Source: a virus
Length of the DNA stretch: 32,000 bases
IMG/VR virus record: IMGVR_UViG_3300031576_000027
Location: 11,319 to 43,318 of that record
Reading direction: 5' to 3' (one strand)
Shown here: in pieces, positions 22,037 to 27,614 of the stretch
Position numbering within the stretch: position 1 is the first letter of the stretch
Layout: each line of letters starts with the position of its first letter
Program-made: the position numbers and the translations under genes
Notes under the pieces: model-generated
Databases searched by the model: none
What the model saw: only the letters and a program-made list of their open reading frames with translations
Told to the model about the DNA's origin: nothing

Positions 22037-22489
22037 ATGCGTGCTGGCACCCGGCAGGTCCCGATCATGTGTAACGTGTCCTGCAATGGCAGCCGTCACA
22101 GCATCGGCGTGACAACTACCGGCAAGGTCGTGCTGATGTCGCACATCCAGGACCGGACCGCCGTTGCAGCTGCATCTGCCCTGGGCACGCCATGCCGATG
22201 CTTGGACGTGGAGCGGCGCTGGGCGCGGGCCACCAACGCCGTGCTGTCCACTGGACACCGACGATCGCTGGCGCGGGGTCTGCCACCGATCCTGGAACGC
22301 GCGGCGATTTACGGGGTCCCGCGGACGGTGGACTGGCTGTCAAGGCGGACCCCCGACGCGCTGGCGCAGAAGCGCGCGGATCACGCGCGCGCGAAGGTGC
22401 GGGATCTGACCAGGCGGATCAAGGCGCTGCAGACGCGCCTCCATGGCTGGCGGCGTAAGGTGGAAAACTACGAGCGAGGAGGCAAATGA
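22037..22489 (+). CDS. hypothetical protein
   Basis: ATG lies 1 nt after the upstream TGA (a GTG at 22025 is in the same frame). Confidence 0.65.
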   Translation: MRAGTRQVPIMCNVSCNGSRHSIGVTTTGKVVLMSHIQDRTAVAAASALGTPCRCLDVERRWARATNAVLSTGHRRSLARGLPPILERAAIYGVPRTVDWLSRRTPDALAQKRADHARAKVRDLTRRIKALQTRLHGWRRKVENYERGGK

Positions 22490-22511
22490 CCCGCCGGTTT
22501 TACCCGGCGGG
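22490..22511 (+). terminator. hairpin after gene 22037..22489 (no U-tail)
   Basis: CCCGCCGG-ttttac-CCGGCGGG. Confidence 0.4.
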
Positions 22512-22514
22512 CCC

Positions 22515-22585
22515 AATGCACCACGCCTTGCCTAACCCCGCCGCACCACACCGTGCCTTGGCTTGCCCACCCGCGCCTTGCCAGA
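22515..22585 (-). repeat. (GGCNN)n repeat patch in inverted orientation
   Basis: cgcct tgcct aaccc cgccg cacca caccg tgcct tggct tgccc acccg cgcct tgcca. GCCTTGCC is the reverse complement of GGCAAGGC. Confidence 0.65.
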
Positions 22586-22637
22586 CGTGGATGATTGTAA
22601 TGGGCGACATTCGACAACAACAAGGAGGGACCTGATC

Positions 22638-23048
22638 GTGGACAAGATGCTGACCGTGAGAGATTGCTCGTACGTCGTAGGATCCAAGATGCGCGGCCGC
22701 GCAACGGAACGCTGCGGCAAGCCGGCGGTTGTCCAGGCCATCAAACCGGACCCGATCTACGGCCGCGAACTGGTCCTGGACCGCGGCTGCAAGTTGCACA
22801 TGACGGAGCGGTTCGCCAGCCCCGACCAGATCGCGGCCGGCGTCAAGCTGGTGGCCATCGAGCAGCGCAAGTCTGACGCGCCGCAGCACGATCCAAAGAC
22901 CGGCGAGGACAGGCACGTCTTCGTCGTCCGGGTCCGCAAGTCCACCTGGCGATCGCTGCTGGCGCTGGCCAAGGCGCAGGGCAAGACGGCATCGGCCGTG
23001 ATCCATTCGTTGATCGAGAGGGCGGCCAACGATCACCCGGCGCCCTGA
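22638..23048 (+). CDS. putative ribbon-helix-helix (CopG/Arc-like) DNA-binding protein
   Basis: CAAGGAGGGACCTGATC precedes GTG 22638. The C-terminus HVFVVRVRKSTWRSLLALAKAQGKTASAVIHSLIERA fits a beta-strand/helix/helix RHH pattern. Confidence 0.55.
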   Translation: MDKMLTVRDCSYVVGSKMRGRATERCGKPAVVQAIKPDPIYGRELVLDRGCKLHMTERFASPDQIAAGVKLVAIEQRKSDAPQHDPKTGEDRHVFVVRVRKSTWRSLLALAKAQGKTASAVIHSLIERAANDHPAP

Positions 23049-23071
23049 CCGGCGCCAGCAGGAGGACGACG

Positions 23072-23356
23072 ATGGCAAAGCGGGATGACACGGCGGACCA
23101 GGCCGAGCGGGATCGGATCGCCTGGATGGAATGGGCGTCTACGGACGGCAAGGTGCGGGCCTGGTCCGAGGCGTCGAGCATGGTCCGGGAACTGGCGGGG
23201 AGGCTGTTCATGGAACACCAGGACGCGGCCGCGGACATGACACGCGCCCTTGCGCTGCAGCTGCATGACCTGGCCTTGAAGGAGACAGACGTGCGGACGG
23301 AACTGCGCCGGGCCCTGGACGGGCGCAACCGTCGCCGCAAGCCCAAGGAGGGGTGA
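23072..23356 (+). CDS. hypothetical protein
   Basis: CAGGAGGACGACG precedes ATG 23072. Its stop TGA (23354-23356) lies in the loop of the module E hairpin. Confidence 0.7.
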   Translation: MAKRDDTADQAERDRIAWMEWASTDGKVRAWSEASSMVRELAGRLFMEHQDAAADMTRALALQLHDLALKETDVRTELRRALDGRNRRRKPKEG

Positions 23357-23476
23357 ATCGCCCCCTCTTCCGCGGACATCGAGTCGCACTGTGGATGGAT
23401 CCGGGGCGCAAGTCTCTGATCTGCCGTAGGCGTGTAGGTATATACGATGGCACACGACGTGTATAGACACACAGGT
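23345..23476 (+). promoter_or_regulatory. intergenic module copy E
   Basis: Hairpin 23348-23367 (GAGGGG/CCCCTC). CGCGGACATCGAGTCGCACTGTGGATGGA. Box1 GGTATATACG 23437-23446; TGGCACA; box2 GTGTATAGACA 23459-23469; ATG 23477. Confidence 0.8.
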
Positions 23477-24040
23477 ATGAAGACCATTGCCCAGGTGCTG
23501 CTGCCAAACGGGACGATCGCGGAACGGCAGAGCGCGAGCCGGACCTACACCCACGCCATCCTGGTGATCGACACGCCGGCTGCCAAGGCGGCCCGTGTCG
23601 CCCGCGCCCAGGCCGAGCTTGCCAGGGTGCAGGCCAAGCTGGCGGCCATCCCGACGGTTGGCGACGAGGCGGCGGCCAGGGCCGAGGCCGGGGCCATGAA
23701 GGCCAAGCTGGACCTCGGCAGCGGCGATGCGGAATGGGGATCCCCTGACCGCAAGGCCAATTGGGACGCCTGGTGCGCGCTCAACCACCGCTACCACAAC
23801 CTGCCCGTGATCCTGCGCGACTCGGCCAACTGGGAGCTTGGCATTGCCAGCGAACGACTGGCGGACGCCCAGCGCGACGAGGCGCCCAGCATCAACCAGT
23901 GGTCCATGTCCGGATCCAACGCCCGCAAGGGCGCCAGCACCCTCGCGAAGAAGCCCTACATGGCCGGCTACGACATCTCGGTGGTGCCCACCACGCAGGC
24001 GACCAAGGCCGCCAAGGTGGCGACGCGGGGTGTCCGGTGA
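23477..24040 (+). CDS. hypothetical protein (apparently leaderless start)
   Basis: ATG 23477 lies 9 nt after TATAGA. The track start 23447 falls inside the TGGCAC promoter element and is unlikely. Confidence 0.7.
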   Translation: MKTIAQVLLPNGTIAERQSASRTYTHAILVIDTPAAKAARVARAQAELARVQAKLAAIPTVGDEAAARAEAGAMKAKLDLGSGDAEWGSPDRKANWDAWCALNHRYHNLPVILRDSANWELGIASERLADAQRDEAPSINQWSMSGSNARKGASTLAKKPYMAGYDISVVPTTQATKAAKVATRGVR

Positions 24041-24267
24041 TCACCATGACCGATGTGCTGGTGTCGGACCTCAAGGTTGGCGACCAGGTTGCCGAACGGG
24101 ACAGCTACCTGCTGACGGTCGTGGAGATCATGCCGGTGGCTGGCAACCGTCGTGGCCTGGACACCCGCGTGACCTTCAAGGCGGACGGACCCTGCGGAAC
24201 CATCCAGACCTTCATGAGCGGGACGTCACGTGTGCGCCTGGTCCTGCGGGACGGGGTGGCGTCGTGA
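24037..24267 (+). CDS. hypothetical protein
   Basis: GTGA overlap (alternative ATG at 24046). Confidence 0.6.
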   Translation: MITMTDVLVSDLKVGDQVAERDSYLLTVVEIMPVAGNRRGLDTRVTFKADGPCGTIQTFMSGTSRVRLVLRDGVAS

Positions 24268-24440
24268 TCCGCACACGCGAGGCAGCGTCCTGGGCGGACG
24301 TCCTGGCGGCGATCGACCGGGTCGCGGCAATGCAGGAGGACTACCGGCACGGCGGCAGCGAGGCGGACCTGCGCCGGGCGCTGCGGGATCTGGACAGGGT
24401 GCGCCGCGACTACAAGGCGGCACTGGAGTGCGGACGATGA
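24264..24440 (+). CDS. hypothetical protein
   Basis: GTGA overlap. 58 aa with G/C-rich third positions. Confidence 0.55.
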   Translation: MIRTREAASWADVLAAIDRVAAMQEDYRHGGSEADLRRALRDLDRVRRDYKAALECGR

Positions 24441-24661
24441 CCGCCATGATCACCCTGCAGGTCTTCGCCGCGGCGCTGGGCTGCGACCGGGACTGGACCT
24501 TGGAGCACATCGGCCCTGGCGGGGTCGGGTACTGGGTCTGTCAAGGCACGCGCTGGACGGTCCGCAACGACAGGCCGCGCTACCAGTGGGGGCTGTACTG
24601 GGCCGGCGACTACGTCGGGACCTACGCGACGATGCAGGCAGCTGCGGAGGCGATCACGTGA
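24437..24661 (+). CDS. hypothetical protein
   Basis: ATGA overlap. Confidence 0.6.
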   Translation: MTAMITLQVFAAALGCDRDWTLEHIGPGGVGYWVCQGTRWTVRNDRPRYQWGLYWAGDYVGTYATMQAAAEAIT

Positions 24662-24996
24662 CCATGCCAGATCCCAGGCGCAAGCAGCTGCGCATGCTGG
24701 CCATGCGCATCACGCGGATCCGGCGCTGGTCGGTCGAGGTCGTGGACCTGGCCGCGTCCAAGCTCCGATGGACCTGCAAGACCTGCGGTTGGTCCCAGGT
24801 GCGCGTCGAGGTGAGCGGGCCCAAGCGCAATGGCAAGCACATCAAGGCGCTGTCGCGCCCTGTCAACCCAGTGCTGCTGGCCAAGTTGGCGCGCTACTGG
24901 TCCGACCCGAACAGCGCGGGATGCACTGGCAGGTGCGCCCGGTGCACCAAGCAGGCACGGGACGAGGCATATCCCGGGTGGGACGCCCGTGGCTGA
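24658..24996 (+). CDS. hypothetical Cys-rich protein
   Basis: GTGA overlap (ATG 24664 in the same frame). CKTCGW and CTGRCARC. Confidence 0.6.
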   Translation: MTMPDPRRKQLRMLAMRITRIRRWSVEVVDLAASKLRWTCKTCGWSQVRVEVSGPKRNGKHIKALSRPVNPVLLAKLARYWSDPNSAGCTGRCARCTKQARDEAYPGWDARG

Positions 24997-25273
24997 TCTG
25001 ATCGTCGTGCGCTGTGGCTGCCGGCAGACCTACACCCAGGCGCAGTGGGATCAGCTGCCGCTGGTGGGCTACCAGGACGCGCCGGCCGACTGGTCGGACT
25101 GCGATTGCAGGGTCCGCAAGAACAAGCGCGGCAGTCACAGCACGACCTGCGCCGGGCATGCCTACCGACTGGAACTCCGAAACTGCCTGGCCGTGCACCG
25201 TGGCTATCCGTGCGGCACGACCCTGACCCGGGAAGTCGCCCGCGGCGAGCGGTTGCCACCCAAGCCGGGGTGA
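24989..25273 (+). CDS. hypothetical Cys-rich protein
   Basis: GTG with 8-nt overlap. Its stop TGA (25271-25273) sits at the module F hairpin. Confidence 0.6.
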   Translation: MADLIVVRCGCRQTYTQAQWDQLPLVGYQDAPADWSDCDCRVRKNKRGSHSTTCAGHAYRLELRNCLAVHRGYPCGTTLTREVARGERLPPKPG

Positions 25274-25392
25274 GGTATCCCCTCCTCTGCGGACTCTCTG
25301 TCGCGCTGTTGATGGATTTGGCAGCTAACTCCGCGTTCCTGCGTAGCCTGTCGCGTCTATACACTGGCACGGGTAGTGTATAGACATACCAC
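25264..25392 (+). promoter_or_regulatory. intergenic module copy F (degenerate hairpin)
   Basis: GGGG-tgaggtat-CCCC. CTGCGGACTCTCTGTCGCGCTGTTGATGGA. Box1 GCGTCTATACA 25353-25363 (inverted orientation); TGGCACG; box2 GTGTATAGACA 25376-25386; ATG 25393. Confidence 0.75.
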
Positions 25393-26289
25393 ATGACCAC
25401 GCTGACCAACCTGGACGATGCCAAGGCCGCTGCAGCACGGGGCGCCCTCTTTGTCGTGTCGCACTCGGGCGGCAAGGACAGCCAGGCGCAGATGATCAAG
25501 GTGCTGGAGATCGTGCCCGCCAGCCAGGTCGTGGTGGTCCATGCGGACCTGGCCGAGGTCGAGTGGGCCGGGACCCGCGAGCACGCGGAAGCCCAGGCCA
25601 AGGCGGCCGGCGTCCCCTTCGTCGCGGCCAAGGCGCACACCAAGGCCGGCGACGACCTGACCTTCCTGGGCATGGCCGCCCGCCGTCACGCGCAGCGTCC
25701 CGAGGTCCCCAGCTGGCCGTCCAGCAGCACCCGGCAGTGCACCAGCGACCTCAAGCGCGGCCCGATCGCCCGCGAGGTCCGGGCCTACGCCAAGGCGAAC
25801 GGGTACACGGAGATCGTGATGGTCGAGGGCCTGCGCGCTGCGGAGTCCCCCAAGCGCGCGAAGTTGGACGCCTGGACCAAGGACGCGCGCAACAGCACGG
25901 GTGGCCGGACCTGGTGGGTGTGGCTCCCGATCCATCAGATGACCACCGCCGAAGTCTTCGCGACGATCAAGGCCGCAGGCCAGGAGCCGCACTGGGCGTA
26001 CGCGGTCGGCAACGATCGGCTCAGTTGCACCTTCTGCATCATGGGGTCGCGCGGCGATGCGCAGCGCGGCGCCATCTACAACCCGGCGCTCTTTGCCGCC
26101 TACGTCGAGATGGAGCGCCGGACCGGCTACACCGCGCACATGAGCCGCAAGTCGATCGAGGAGGTGGCTGGGATGACCGTGGCGCAGGCGCAGGCCGCCA
26201 ACGCGGACATCAAGGCTGGCCGGCGGCCGGGGCTCCCGGTGATCCAGGACGAGCCGGCGCGGGACATCCCGCCCTGCATGGGACGCTAA
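25393..26289 (+). CDS. PAPS-reductase-family PP-loop ATP pyrophosphatase-like protein
   Basis: VSHSGGKDS PP-loop near the N-terminus, CTSDLKRGP, EGLRAAES, and C-terminal LSCTFC, in the order typical of the PAPS reductase/DndC-type fold. Apparently leaderless ATG 8 nt after TATAGA. Confidence 0.8.
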   Translation: MTTLTNLDDAKAAAARGALFVVSHSGGKDSQAQMIKVLEIVPASQVVVVHADLAEVEWAGTREHAEAQAKAAGVPFVAAKAHTKAGDDLTFLGMAARRHAQRPEVPSWPSSSTRQCTSDLKRGPIAREVRAYAKANGYTEIVMVEGLRAAESPKRAKLDAWTKDARNSTGGRTWWVWLPIHQMTTAEVFATIKAAGQEPHWAYAVGNDRLSCTFCIMGSRGDAQRGAIYNPALFAAYVEMERRTGYTAHMSRKSIEEVAGMTVAQAQAANADIKAGRRPGLPVIQDEPARDIPPCMGR

Positions 26290-26304
26290 CAGGAGGACGC
26301 TACG

Positions 26305-27531
26305 ATGACCCGAACGCACGCAATCAAACTGGGCAGGACGCGGGGGCGCGCGCGCGTCTACCTGCAGGGGCGCTGGCTGGTCAAGGCCGGCTTCCAGGTG
26401 GGCGCCGCGCTGGCGGTGACCTTCGGTCAGGGCCGGGTGGTCCTGGCGCTGGGCGGCGATCGCACGGTCAGCGGCAAGTCGGACGTCCCGGTGATCGACG
26501 TGACCGGCGCGCAGCTGGAACAGGCGCTGTCCGGGGCATCAGACCTGGTCGTCAGGGCGCGCAACGGCCAGCTGGTGATCACGCCGTCCAGGACGGCGGC
26601 CAAGCTCGCCAGTCGGTGCCGCAACGGCAAGGAGGGCGCGATCTTCGCCGGGGCCGGGCTGCTGTCGGAGGCGGCGCGGCAGGCGGGATACGCCCCGGCC
26701 TGGGCGATCGAGTGGGACGAGCGGTACGCGGACGCCTACGAGCGCAACCATCCCGGCGCCGTGATGCACTGCCAGTCCGTCAGCGAGGTGGCGGTGGCGG
26801 ACCTGTCGCCCGTCGAACTGCTGACCATCGGCGTCCCGTGCGAGCCGTTCAGCACCAAGCGCCAAAAGGGCGGACAGGTCCCGGAGGCGCACGAACTGGG
26901 CGACATGACCGCCTGGGCACTGATCCTCGTGGACGCCGTCAACCCGGCCACGGTGGTGGTGGAGAACGTGCCGGGATACCTGACCAGCGGGGCCGGCATG
27001 ATCATGCAGCACGCGCTGCGCCGGATGGGCTACCAGGTGGAGGCACGGGTGATCGACCCCGCGGACCACGGCCAGCTGGCCGGCCGTCGCCGGGCAGTGA
27101 TCCTGGCGACCAGCGGCGCGGCCCCGCGCTTCCAGGCTCCGTCCGACAGCGTCGCACGCTTGGGCGATGTCCTGGACCCCGATGCCGGCGAGTGGTTCGA
27201 CCGGACCAGCAAGCCATGGGTCTTCGCCCACTGGGATCGGCAGCGCGCCAAGGGCAACGGCTTCACAGAGGGCCGGGTGCTGACGGCGGACACGACGCGG
27301 GTGCCGTGCCTGTCCAAGCGGTACCTGAACGGCCAGGGCGATGGCGTGGTCGTGGCCCACCCGACCAAGCCGGACACCTACCGCTGGCTGACGCTGGGCG
27401 AGATCCGCACGCTGCACGGCGTGCCTGAGCACTACCAACTGCCGGGCGCCAAGACCGTCGCGGGCGAAGTGCTGGGGCAGGCGGTTGTGGTCCCGGTCTG
27501 GCGGGACCTGATCCTGGCGCAGCGCGGCTAA
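26305..27531 (+). CDS. dcm: DNA (cytosine-5)-methyltransferase with N-terminal SymE/AbrB-like domain
   Basis: Motif I FAGAGLL, motif IV GVPCEPFS, motif VI VVVENVPG, motif VIII QLAGRRRAVILAT, motif IX RWLTLGEIRTLHGVPEHY, motif X GQAVVVPV. N-terminal RVYLQGRWLVKAGFQVGAALAVTFGQGRVVL. Confidence 0.9.
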   Translation: MTRTHAIKLGRTRGRARVYLQGRWLVKAGFQVGAALAVTFGQGRVVLALGGDRTVSGKSDVPVIDVTGAQLEQALSGASDLVVRARNGQLVITPSRTAAKLASRCRNGKEGAIFAGAGLLSEAARQAGYAPAWAIEWDERYADAYERNHPGAVMHCQSVSEVAVADLSPVELLTIGVPCEPFSTKRQKGGQVPEAHELGDMTAWALILVDAVNPATVVVENVPGYLTSGAGMIMQHALRRMGYQVEARVIDPADHGQLAGRRRAVILATSGAAPRFQAPSDSVARLGDVLDPDAGEWFDRTSKPWVFAHWDRQRAKGNGFTEGRVLTADTTRVPCLSKRYLNGQGDGVVVAHPTKPDTYRWLTLGEIRTLHGVPEHYQLPGAKTVAGEVLGQAVVVPVWRDLILAQRG

Positions 27532-27551
27532 CGCGGAGCGTCACAGGCTGC

Positions 27552-27591
27552 TAATTTTCTTGTTGCACCGACCTTGGACCTGTGGCACATT
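27552..27591 (+). promoter_or_regulatory. conserved AT-rich promoter motif, copy 2
   Basis: TAATTTTCTTGTTGCAC: TTGCAC (27563-27568), 17 nt, CACATT (27586-27591), then ACAGGAGGACGGT-ATG. Confidence 0.6.
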
Positions 27592-27614
27592 GGGATCGTA
27601 GACAGGAGGACGGT

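Noticed and set aside
23447-23476. ATG 23447 as the start of the cassette E first gene (as in the ORF track)
   Set aside because: This ATG is the A-TGGCAC of the conserved promoter element, so using it would place the promoter boxes inside the coding sequence. ATG 23477 is in the same frame and matches the 8-9-nt spacing rule seen in the other five modules.
15050-25386. Sigma-54 promoters (TGGCAC-N5-TTGC) in the six modules
   Set aside because: TGGCA(C/T)G followed after 4 nt by GTGTA has the right spacing and a good -24 element. However, the -12 GC dinucleotide is GT in all six copies, and no enhancer-binding protein with a GAFTGA-type AAA+ domain is present (the MoxR-like ATPase lacks it). 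The strong SD usage and leaderless starts also suggest, but do not prove, a host lineage that may lack sigma-54. I left it as an unproven alternative rather than a call.
25563-27428. 621-aa plus-strand ORF spanning the PAPS-reductase-like and methyltransferase genes
   Set aside because: It is an out-of-frame overlap of two genes with clear catalytic motifs. Its product is an Arg/Gly/Pro-rich low-complexity string with no start context.
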